Shown: one piece after another, positions 28,569 through 37,070 of the stretch
How the letters are laid out: each line of letters opens with the position of its first letter
How positions within the stretch are numbered: the stretch's first letter is position 1
IMG/VR virus record: IMGVR_UViG_3300027839_000007
Location: 1 to 64,000 of that record
DNA length: 64,000 bases
Direction: 5' to 3' (one strand)
Source: a virus
The notes under the pieces: model-generated
What the model was told of the DNA's origin: nothing
What the model saw: only the letters and a program-made list of their open reading frames with translations
Databases searched by the model: none
Translations under genes and position numbers: made by a program

Positions 28569-29258
28569 GTGAAAGATACCGGCCGCATGACCGACCTGTG
28601 CATGACACACAGCTTTGTGGACGATTTCCTTTTGATCGACCCGTTCGCGGCTAATTTTGCATTTGCCAGGATAGGTCCTCACGAGCTTGCGGTGTATTTC
28701 GGGAGCCGTTCTGCAAAGAACTCGGTGCGAACCCTGCGGCGCGCCATAGAAGCGGACGTACCCGGATACCATCTGGGTATTCCGTGCTCATGTTGTAACC
28801 GTGAGTTACACGTGAAGCTCAAGTCAGTTTCCAGTACGCCCGAGTCGAGGATGACTTACAGCAATGTGCTGGCGGACGGAAACTACGAGCGTTTCAAGAT
28901 AAAGTACTTCCCGGTCATGCACTACTTGACGTTGGTTGCGCCTTCTGAAAACGCTGACATACAGATACCTAAGGATATTGAGCTTGGCTGGGACTACCGC
29001 AATGTACTCAAGAAGATGCGGGAATCGGAAAAACCTATATTCGTGGCTGCCGGGCCGTTGTCATCAATACTGGTTTACGAGTACTGGACTAAGGCCGACG
29101 ACCCGCAGACGGTTATTGATGTAGGCGCTGCCATCGATCCGTTCCTGTTCAACAGGAACACCAAGGAGTATCACGACGATAACTACCCAGCTTCGCAGCG
29201 CGTGTGTGAGTGGGAGCCGCCGCCCCTCCAGGACCTAGAGCCATTAACGTATATTTAG
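28569..29258 (+). CDS. GT-D fold-like glycosyltransferase
   Basis: FARIGPHE, VAAGPLS, IDVGAAID resemble DUF1792/GT-D motifs. Confidence 0.5.
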   Translation: MKDTGRMTDLCMTHSFVDDFLLIDPFAANFAFARIGPHELAVYFGSRSAKNSVRTLRRAIEADVPGYHLGIPCSCCNRELHVKLKSVSSTPESRMTYSNVLADGNYERFKIKYFPVMHYLTLVAPSENADIQIPKDIELGWDYRNVLKKMRESEKPIFVAAGPLSSILVYEYWTKADDPQTVIDVGAAIDPFLFNRNTKEYHDDNYPASQRVCEWEPPPLQDLEPLTYI

Positions 29259-29264
29259 TTCGAT

Positions 29265-30305
29265 ATGCACGTAGGTATCATTACGCGGTATAAGCAGCAC
29301 GAAGCCACTCTTGCCGCCATCCGCATTGCTGAGTGGGTACTGGCGCACGGCGGCACGGTGTCCATGTTTACCTACGAGCAACCTAGCAACAGTCCCATCA
29401 ACGCATACTGGGATACGCGGGTTCAGCATGTCCGTCGTGGCGCGTTCCCCCAGTGGTCGTTGCCGTTGACCTCCGTGGTGTGGACTCACGAACCTTCTAT
29501 GGATGAAATAACATGGGCGCATTACAAGCAGGTACCAGCAGTTGTTGTTGCCTCCTGGGATGAGCTGTCAGACGCGTTCTCCGAGGTGTTTTACCTGTGT
29601 ACCGCTATCGTTGCGCCATCCATGCTGGCTGGTGAGTACTTTTTTGCCGCGGGATTCATACAGTCACTCGCTGTACCCTGGGATGTCGGGCTACCTCAAA
29701 CACAAAAACCTAGTGATTATCAGCCGCAGGAACGTATAAAGGCCCTGTTACCATTACATGATTCGCAGCCGTCACGTATCCGTCCTGAGACTATTCAGGT
29801 CTTAACCAAGGTATTGCGTACCTGTAAGTGGGTTGATCTGACGTTACTGGTATCCCCTTCCAAGCTGCGTGGTAAGGTAAGCAAGCAGATACGGAAGATG
29901 GTGCGCGCGTTGCCGGGACGTGTTACACGGATCACCGACCCCGGAGAGGAGAAGCGTTGGCTCATATACGGTCAACATGATTTGACCATATGGCTATCCA
30001 CGATTGAGTCGTACGGACTGCCAGGCTTGATCTCCCTGGCAATGGGTACGCCGGTCATAGGGTACGGCGCTCCAATTATCAGCGAAATACTGGCGCCTGC
30101 TCGTTGCCGCCGTATTCCTGGTCGCATAATATTGAACGCCAAGGCCATCCCCAGCTTCATTCCCGACCTGGTACGCACCGAGGAGAGCCTGCTGGCACTC
30201 CTGTCAGACCGGGAAGAGATTCATGAAATGGCAAACAACACTGCTGCAGGTACTAAACGTCGCTCAGAAAGCTTTGAACACATATGGCCTTTTGTTCTAG
30301 ACTGA
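29265..30305 (+). CDS. GT-B (GT4-like) glycosyltransferase
   Basis: ESYGLPGLISLAMGTPVI nucleotide-sugar-binding motif. Confidence 0.65.
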   Translation: MHVGIITRYKQHEATLAAIRIAEWVLAHGGTVSMFTYEQPSNSPINAYWDTRVQHVRRGAFPQWSLPLTSVVWTHEPSMDEITWAHYKQVPAVVVASWDELSDAFSEVFYLCTAIVAPSMLAGEYFFAAGFIQSLAVPWDVGLPQTQKPSDYQPQERIKALLPLHDSQPSRIRPETIQVLTKVLRTCKWVDLTLLVSPSKLRGKVSKQIRKMVRALPGRVTRITDPGEEKRWLIYGQHDLTIWLSTIESYGLPGLISLAMGTPVIGYGAPIISEILAPARCRRIPGRIILNAKAIPSFIPDLVRTEESLLALLSDREEIHEMANNTAAGTKRRSESFEHIWPFVLD

Positions 30306-30378
30306 TCTTTCGGGGTGCCGCCACCCATGAAAATTGATAAGCTACGTATTGTTCCACATACACGAAAGGATTCGACTG

Positions 30379-30708
30379 ATGGCACATAACGACAGTAACC
30401 TGAGCGCGTCTCAAAATGCTCACGCTGAAGAACGTGAGCGGCAGGCAGCGGCGGCGGTGGAAGAGGCCAAAAAGCCTCGCCGTATTCTTCAACCTGGCTG
30501 TGGCTGGGAATGGACCAATGGCGGGATCGTTGACGAACCCGTTGACGAACCCGTTGACGAACCCGTTGACGAACCCGTTGATGAGCCCGTTGACGAACCC
30601 GTTGATGAGCCCGTTGACGAACCCGTTGACGAACCCGTTGACGAACCCGTTGATGAGCCTATCACCATGGATAAGACGAAGAGCCGTCGCAAGAAGTCTG
30701 ACAAGTAG
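30379..30708 (+). CDS. Small protein with (VDEP)11 acidic repeat and basic tail
   Basis: AAGGA RBS, ATG 30379; repeat in frame. Confidence 0.65.
   Translation: MAHNDSNLSASQNAHAEERERQAAAAVEEAKKPRRILQPGCGWEWTNGGIVDEPVDEPVDEPVDEPVDEPVDEPVDEPVDEPVDEPVDEPVDEPITMDKTKSRRKKSDK
30529..30660 (+). repeat. 12-bp tandem repeat GTTGA(C/T)GA(A/G)CC(C/T) x11
   Basis: Direct count; variants are synonymous (coding VDEP). Confidence 0.95.
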
Positions 30709-30726
30709 TAGCACCAGGAGTGCGAT

Positions 30727-31911
30727 ATGAGCGACGACCTCAATGCTCAGGAACCTGAGCAAGATGAGTTTTCTGAGCCTGAGGCTATTGTAGACGACCT
30801 GGGACTGGACCTGGATATTCCTATCCCTCCGGAACCAGTGTCGTCTGGTGAGCCGAAGGACTCGTTCGAGTACGACGTTGCATTCAACCTCGCTTTTGTG
30901 GGTGTTGGCCAAGGCGGCTCTCGCCTGGCTGAATCCTTCTACAAGCTGGGTTATAAGCGCGTCGCTGCAGTCAATACGGCACTGCAGGATTTGAACTCGA
31001 TCTCGATTCCCGAGCGTAACAAGCTCGATATCGGTGGCGGCGGGGCTGGTAAAGATCCGGCTGTCGCTGCTGCTGCTATCGCCGACAAGGATGAGGACGT
31101 TTACGACGTGCTCAAGCGCTCCTGGGGTCGTGACGTTGACTATGCAATTGTCTGTCTTGGCGCAGGTGGTGGTACCGGTGCTGGTGCAACTCCCAAGATC
31201 ATCGAAGTAGCTCGTCGATTGATGGCGGAAAATGGTCGCCCGGTGCGTGTCGGTGTCATCGTTGCCCTGCCCAAGAACAGCGAGGGTCAGAAGCCAGCCA
31301 AGAATGCGCTCCACACGGTGCGCCAGCTGATCAAGCTTCGGCCCTCCCCGGCCATCGTTCTGGATAACGAGAGAATCAGGGAACTCTATGATCCCTCGCC
31401 AAGCAAAGAATACCCCCTGGCTAATAGCAGCATTGCGAAATATGTTCATCTCTTTAACAGGTTGGCCGCGCAAGACAGTGACCACACGTCGTTTGATCAG
31501 GCTGATCTGGGCCGGTTACTCGACTCCGGTGTCGTTGCATTCGGTGCCCAGCGCATCACGGCCTGGCAAGATGCAGCGGACATCTCACACGCTATTCGCC
31601 AGCAACTCAGGAAAAATATCCTGGCGTCTATCGACCTTACAAAGGGACAACAGGCGGGATTGATCTTTGTGCTGGGTAATGACGTGTACGACGACATCAG
31701 GTCATCCACCCTGGATCACGGCTTCGAGATGATGAACCGGATCCTTGCCGACGGGTCTACCGTGTACCGCGGTGTCTATAAAGGCAGCAGTGATGGCCTG
31801 ACCGCGCTCAGTCTCGTGGCCGAGCTGCCCTGGCCCGCCGAGAGATTGCACGAGCTTGCGCGACTCGGCGGAGTTGACAAGAAGACCTTGAAGGACTGGT
31901 TAGGTGTCTAG
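30727..31911 (+). CDS. Tubulin/FtsZ-family GTPase (PhuZ/TubZ-like)
   Basis: GVGQGGSRLA, VNTA..D, GAGKDP, tubulin signature GGGTGAG, LDN, FDQAD T7-like loop. Confidence 0.9.
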   Translation: MSDDLNAQEPEQDEFSEPEAIVDDLGLDLDIPIPPEPVSSGEPKDSFEYDVAFNLAFVGVGQGGSRLAESFYKLGYKRVAAVNTALQDLNSISIPERNKLDIGGGGAGKDPAVAAAAIADKDEDVYDVLKRSWGRDVDYAIVCLGAGGGTGAGATPKIIEVARRLMAENGRPVRVGVIVALPKNSEGQKPAKNALHTVRQLIKLRPSPAIVLDNERIRELYDPSPSKEYPLANSSIAKYVHLFNRLAAQDSDHTSFDQADLGRLLDSGVVAFGAQRITAWQDAADISHAIRQQLRKNILASIDLTKGQQAGLIFVLGNDVYDDIRSSTLDHGFEMMNRILADGSTVYRGVYKGSSDGLTALSLVAELPWPAERLHELARLGGVDKKTLKDWLGV

Positions 31912-32035
31912 CAAGTTGCTGTGCCTCTTGCTTGGTATACTTTTCGGCATAGCGATTATGTTTGCCTACTTCGCGTACCGGGCCATGTTCATCGACGTGT
32001 ATCATCCGAAGCCCGTGTGGTTCTAGTGGTCCAAT

Positions 32036-32839
32036 ATGCGCATCCTCGTGCAGACAATATGCTGGAATGAAGAACACATGCTGCCGTACTTCCTGCGGCA
32101 TTATGACTACATAGCCGAGAAGATCATTGTCTATGACAACTACTCGACTGACTTCTCCCCGGTCATAGCGGACGCTCATCCCAAGACCGAGTTGCGCTTC
32201 TTTGACACCGACAACACTGCGCATGAAGCCAGGGAAGTGGCTGTCAAGGAGCAGGCAATTGAGAACGGACGTGATTACGACTGGGTGATCACGTGCGACA
32301 TGGACGAGTTCATCTGGCATCCCCGCCTGTTCTCGACGTTGCACAAGTACAAGGCCGCGGGGATCACGGTACCCACGTCCAGCTACTATCACATGGTGGC
32401 GGATGAGTTCCCCCGCACCCCGTTACAGATTTACAACGAGGTGGGGCAAGGTTTCAGGGGAATTAACAAGCACGTGATGTTCGACCCGGCTGGTGTGGAT
32501 AAAATCAATTACAGCCCTGGTTGTCATTACTGTGAGCCAACAGGGCCCAACGTCACGTTCGGTCCCACAGCTGGTGCCTGGGTTGATGACAAGTATTTCG
32601 GGGGCAGTCGTGACGGGCTCAAGGTATTTCACATGAGACTGCTTGGCTTGCAGTGGATGACAGAGCGTTTCCAGCAGCTTGCTGACAGGAAAAGCGAATA
32701 CGATAAGGAGCGTGATTTCGGCAAGCAGTATTTTCTAACTGAGAAGAAGCTGGGTAAGATATTCGGTGAGTGCCGTGCGGCATCTCGTAGTGTCTTTGGT
32801 CGAGTGGACGGATTCTATCCCAACGAGTATTTTGTGTAG
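32036..32839 (+). CDS. GT2 glycosyltransferase
   Basis: WNEEHML, YDNYSTD, CDMDEF. Confidence 0.8.
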   Translation: MRILVQTICWNEEHMLPYFLRHYDYIAEKIIVYDNYSTDFSPVIADAHPKTELRFFDTDNTAHEAREVAVKEQAIENGRDYDWVITCDMDEFIWHPRLFSTLHKYKAAGITVPTSSYYHMVADEFPRTPLQIYNEVGQGFRGINKHVMFDPAGVDKINYSPGCHYCEPTGPNVTFGPTAGAWVDDKYFGGSRDGLKVFHMRLLGLQWMTERFQQLADRKSEYDKERDFGKQYFLTEKKLGKIFGECRAASRSVFGRVDGFYPNEYFV

Positions 32840-32849
32840 GGAGCCAGTA

Positions 32850-33209
32850 ATGCCAGAAACAAACGAACAACCCCGTGACTTGTTCACGTTCCTTCGCAGG
32901 GAGTATGAGCGGCAGGCAGAAAATAAGCCGACCTCTGCTTATACCGCGCTGCTGAGGTTCACCGAGTTCTCGTCTGCATACCTGTCTAAGAACCAGCCTA
33001 TTGCCACCTACTACGATGAGGGCGGCCTGGGACTGCAGCTGCAGGAGGGGCAACGTTTTGCCTTGTCATCGTCTATAAAGACAAGCATGCCTGATTCCAC
33101 CTCGATTCCAATTACCACGCCAGGACGCACGTGGATGCCGCAGGCTGATGAAATGCCTGTCGCGGAAGACACTTCCGTACCCATCACCGGTACGCCAGCT
33201 GACGAGTAG
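32850..33209 (+). CDS. Hypothetical protein
   Basis: GGGAG RBS, ATG 32850. Confidence 0.55.
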   Translation: MPETNEQPRDLFTFLRREYERQAENKPTSAYTALLRFTEFSSAYLSKNQPIATYYDEGGLGLQLQEGQRFALSSSIKTSMPDSTSIPITTPGRTWMPQADEMPVAEDTSVPITGTPADE

Positions 33210-33217
33210 TCCGATTT

Positions 33218-33233
33218 CTATTGGCGCCAATAG
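33218..33233. promoter_or_regulatory. Palindromic site CTATTGGCGCCAATAG (copy 2 of 4)
   Basis: Intergenic; extends to 18 bp (33217-33234); 12 nt before start 33246. Confidence 0.7.
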
Positions 33234-33245
33234 AGGAACGTAGTC

Positions 33246-33632
33246 GTGGACGAAGCCAAGGAACGTGAGAAGTTGTCCAAGCGTTTTGCAGATGTCCTTG
33301 AACAGGTCCATAACCAGACATCGTTCAATTTCTACACAGCGCTGATGGAGATTGCTGAGTTACATGCAAGGAAGCAGAAGGACTACGGGACGGAGCATGA
33401 TCCTTTTGCCAACGTACGTGCGAGCGAAGATTTCAGTATTCCTGCGTGGGTAGGCGCAATGCTGCGCGGGAATGACAAGGTGTCACGAATCAAGACGTAC
33501 ATTAGTAAAGGAACGCTGGCCAACGAGGGTGTTGAAGACGCTTTTCAGGACCTGGCCACGTACTCGTTGATTGCCCTCGTCCTGTTTAGGGAGGCCATGG
33601 ATGGCAAAGATCAACCTGAGGAACAGCAATAA
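33246..33632 (+). CDS. Nucleotide-modification-associated domain protein (DUF1599/Nmad1-like)
   Basis: KQKDYG...DPFAN, DKVSRI, EGVEDAFQDLATYS. Confidence 0.75.
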   Translation: MDEAKEREKLSKRFADVLEQVHNQTSFNFYTALMEIAELHARKQKDYGTEHDPFANVRASEDFSIPAWVGAMLRGNDKVSRIKTYISKGTLANEGVEDAFQDLATYSLIALVLFREAMDGKDQPEEQQ

Positions 33633-33870
33633 ACCCGTTCACGTGGACGCACAGGATACGCACCTCGTTGAGAAGCGTTGGGAGCTTCACAGCAACGGGT
33701 ACGTTATCTGTCGTGAAACGGTGAAGGTGGGTACCACGTCCTGCAGGCGTTGCTTGTATCTCCACCGGGCTATCATGTCGCCTGGCCGTAGTCAGCGGAT
33801 ACGTTTCCGTGATGGCGATCCATTGAACTGTCGTCGGAAGAACCTGCGCGTGGTGGGACCTGTTGGTTAA
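33601..33870 (+). CDS. Degenerate HNH endonuclease-like protein
   Basis: LYLHRAIM...DGDPLNCRRKNLR; usual DH replaced by RF. Confidence 0.55.
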   Translation: MAKINLRNSNKPVHVDAQDTHLVEKRWELHSNGYVICRETVKVGTTSCRRCLYLHRAIMSPGRSQRIRFRDGDPLNCRRKNLRVVGPVG

Positions 33871-33935
33871 CTCTTCTAGTGCTGTATCTCGACCTCTAGT
33901 AAGATGGGTTTTGTCGTGCTTCTGGTGCCCTAGCT

Positions 33936-35786
33936 ATGCCATTCAAATCCAAAGCTCAGCGTAGGTACATGTACGCTAAACATCCGCGTATAGCTGAGCT
34001 TTGGTCCAAGAAGGACAAGACGTTGAAGAACCTGCCTGAGAAGAAGAAAAAGAGTAAGAAAAAGGCCAGCGGGCCATTCAAGAAGAAGGACACGTTGCAC
34101 CGGCAGGCGGTAATCGTGGACAAAGGTGTGGCAGCAGGTAAACCGGTAACACGTGTAGATGAAGACGACGAGACACCGGCTTACTACAGCGACGAGCGCG
34201 GCACGTCCGAAGACGCGCAGATCTGGAGCCGTGAAGAGGCAGAGGCAGCGCGAAAAGAACGTAAGAAAAAGAGTAAGAAAGAAGCTGTCTGGACGGTCAA
34301 GAACTCTCAACTTCATGGGCTTGGTTTGTTCAGTAACCAGGCTGTTGCGCCGGGACAAACAATCGTCAAGGCTGCCAAGCGCATGGGTGGCCAGGACGGG
34401 CTGGATCGCTACGAGATCACGTTTGCGACGCGCTACGCCAACCATTCCGGTACTCCTAACGCACGCCTCAAGAAGGTAGCGAGCGGTAGGGTGGAGATCA
34501 TTGCAGAACAACCTATCAAGGCAGGAGCTGAAGTACTGGTTGATTATCACCGTACACAGTCAGCGCTTGGTCCAGGGTCGTATATGACGTATCGAGGTAA
34601 GGTGCGCGCCACCAGGGATCAGCTGGAGAAGCAGGCCGCAGGGTATTTGAAGTTTGCTCAACCAGCTCCGCAGCCACAACCGCAACAACCGCAACAACCG
34701 CAACAGCCGGGACAGGAGCAGCAACAGCCGGGACAGGAGCAGCCGCAGCCAGGTTTCGTGCCAGGCTCTATTGCAGCGCAGGCAGCTGTGACGCCCGAGC
34801 AGCAGGCACACGTATCACCGGAAGCCGTGACTGCCGCACAACAGCAGGGTCAGCAGCCAGCTCAGCCAGAACAACCGGGGGCACCTGTTCAGCCACAACA
34901 GCCTCCCCAGGCTATTCAGCAGGCTAAGCAGGGCGCATCGCTCTTCCTCGCCAGGATTAAACGCGCTACCGGCCCTGAATTAGCCCCCTCTCCGCCCATA
35001 AATGAAGCGAAGAATCAGATGAACGTGGTTGCTCCGCAGCCAGATCCCATCATGGCTCAGAAGAGTATGAAGCCACCCGTGCCGCAGCTCGGCGGACAGA
35101 TGCCTATTGCCACTCCGTCCAGCACATCACTCGGGGTTAATTCCATGTCGGGTGGCGCGCCGCCCATGCCCAAGCTGGCAGCTGAGCACAACCAATGGCT
35201 GGCTAAGAATGCAGTGAATACAAGCACTGCGTTACTTGCTGGCGGCGCATTGCTGGGTACAGCTGCGGGTATCCCCTACGGCATCGCCAAGTGGAAAGAG
35301 TCACGCAAGGAGGACGCCAAGATGGAAAAAGCTGTTGAGCGAAACCTGCGTGAGCGCCGTGCCCGTCGTGTTGCCGGGGAGCGTTGGGAAGACGAGAAGA
35401 AGAAGGAAGAAGAGGAAGAGAAAGAGAAACAGGCTAGCACCCTGGAGTTTGCGGACGAGGAGGAACTGGCAGCATCGTGGGTGCGACTGCACCTGGCCAA
35501 GGCCGCACACGGTCCGACCGATAGCCACTCCACCACTTACGACCGGGTGAAAACTTCGTGGGATGACCACGAGAAGACTGCAGCACGCAAGACTCCTGCT
35601 CCCTGGTGGGTGCCAGCCCCGGGTAAGAAAAAGAAGAAGAAGAAGGATCCCACCACCAAGCAGCGTCGTAAGGGTGCACCGCGCACGACAACACGCACGA
35701 AGATCAAGCGTGACGGCAAGAAGGGCGAGTCAACGATCACAACTCGCTCGCGTCCTGGTAAAAAGGTTGAGAAGTCATACAAATAG
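33936..35786 (+). CDS. Modular probable virion protein containing a SET domain
   Basis: MPFKSKAQRR N-terminus; SET motifs HGLGLF, RYANHS, EVLVDY; Q/P-rich and K-rich tracts; many KxA motifs. Confidence 0.7.
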   Translation: MPFKSKAQRRYMYAKHPRIAELWSKKDKTLKNLPEKKKKSKKKASGPFKKKDTLHRQAVIVDKGVAAGKPVTRVDEDDETPAYYSDERGTSEDAQIWSREEAEAARKERKKKSKKEAVWTVKNSQLHGLGLFSNQAVAPGQTIVKAAKRMGGQDGLDRYEITFATRYANHSGTPNARLKKVASGRVEIIAEQPIKAGAEVLVDYHRTQSALGPGSYMTYRGKVRATRDQLEKQAAGYLKFAQPAPQPQPQQPQQPQQPGQEQQQPGQEQPQPGFVPGSIAAQAAVTPEQQAHVSPEAVTAAQQQGQQPAQPEQPGAPVQPQQPPQAIQQAKQGASLFLARIKRATGPELAPSPPINEAKNQMNVVAPQPDPIMAQKSMKPPVPQLGGQMPIATPSSTSLGVNSMSGGAPPMPKLAAEHNQWLAKNAVNTSTALLAGGALLGTAAGIPYGIAKWKESRKEDAKMEKAVERNLRERRARRVAGERWEDEKKKEEEEEKEKQASTLEFADEEELAASWVRLHLAKAAHGPTDSHSTTYDRVKTSWDDHEKTAARKTPAPWWVPAPGKKKKKKKDPTTKQRRKGAPRTTTRTKIKRDGKKGESTITTRSRPGKKVEKSYK

Positions 35787-35798
35787 TGAGTTATCGAC

Positions 35799-37070
35799 AT
35801 GAAGTGGGATAGAACCAAGCGCGGTAATGCGAATCTCGTGCAGCAACACACGGCTGCCGGGCTAGCTCCTGATGCAGCTGTAGCGAAAGCCTATCCTGGC
35901 TGGCCAGATGCCAAGAAGCAGCAATTGGTTGCACAGATGGGTGGTGATGCTAAGGAGCGTGAGGAACTGGAGCAGTGGCAGATGACTGTCGAGGAAGATG
36001 ATCCTGGCATTAATGAGAAGGGACGTCGATTGAAGGTGCTGCAAGATGCTGACTTGAAGAGAAAAGATCATGTGAAACTGGCGATGCGGACAACTGATCG
36101 AGATAAGAATGCAGCACGTCGTGTTATAGAAAAAGCCGCGGACATAGAGGGGAATCTTTCTTCGTACCTCGATGATGTCGGTGGTGACTTCATCCCTGAT
36201 GAATATGTAGCCAGTAGTATGCTCAGGCCGCCAACAGCAACGAATACGGCCATCGGTGCCGGTGTCGGCGGCGTCATTGGCGCGCTTATCAACTACCTGC
36301 GTAAGAAAAGCCCCGTTCGTGGTGCCTTCACCGGTGGGCTAACTGGTGCGGGCCTTGCTGCGGGTTCTGATATGGCTGGAAATGTGGGAGGGGGTCTTGG
36401 GTATTTGGCATCCGGCAACCTCGGCCTCCGGCAGGGGCCTTCCTCCACTATCGGTCGTCAGCTCTCGTCACCGGTGGGTGCGGGACTCGGTGGCCTGGGC
36501 GGGTACAGTCTTGCGCAGTATCTTCTGGACAGGGATGAAAAAGACGAGGAAAAGGAAGCGGCCTGCCGAGTCATCTCGAAGGTCACCAGCCTGGTCAAGG
36601 ACCCGAAGAAGCACAAGTGGCTGGGCGACAGCAGGGAAGGGTTCGGTCACTGGGCTGGTCCTCCCAGTGTTGCCAAGGGTGACATCGAGCCCAAGAACGT
36701 GAAGGCGGCGCATAAGCCATGCTCGGCCAAGCATGACTGTGATAAGGCGCATCCCGGAATGACACACAAAGAGTGGAAGGCATTGAAGGGACAGCGACAC
36801 GAGATCCAGAAGAACGCAGGTGTTTCTCGTGAGGCACTTGGAGCTATTCTGGGAGCTTTGCTTGGTGGTGCTGGTGGTTATCACTTGGCTAACCAGATGG
36901 CTGAGCCAGGTTCTGCCATTGGTGGCGAGGTACACCCGTGGCGTCCGGGTTATCCCAGCAACTGGAAAGAGGGACTGATAGGCGCTGCAATTACCGGCAT
37001 TCCTTCCGCTGCGCTGGGAGGATACATTGGAAGCGCACTCACCCCCAAGGATGAGGATGAGGAAGAATAA
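35799..37070 (+). CDS. Probable virion protein with glycine-zipper hydrophobic segments
   Basis: GAGVGGVIGAL, GAILGALLGGAGG; KxA motifs. Confidence 0.55.
   Translation: MKWDRTKRGNANLVQQHTAAGLAPDAAVAKAYPGWPDAKKQQLVAQMGGDAKEREELEQWQMTVEEDDPGINEKGRRLKVLQDADLKRKDHVKLAMRTTDRDKNAARRVIEKAADIEGNLSSYLDDVGGDFIPDEYVASSMLRPPTATNTAIGAGVGGVIGALINYLRKKSPVRGAFTGGLTGAGLAAGSDMAGNVGGGLGYLASGNLGLRQGPSSTIGRQLSSPVGAGLGGLGGYSLAQYLLDRDEKDEEKEAACRVISKVTSLVKDPKKHKWLGDSREGFGHWAGPPSVAKGDIEPKNVKAAHKPCSAKHDCDKAHPGMTHKEWKALKGQRHEIQKNAGVSREALGAILGALLGGAGGYHLANQMAEPGSAIGGEVHPWRPGYPSNWKEGLIGAAITGIPSAALGGYIGSALTPKDEDEEE

Noticed and set aside
1267-31485. Long minus-strand ORFs (1267-2193, 24478-25395, 30253-31485)
   Set aside because: Antisense shadows of well-supported + strand genes, with no motifs.
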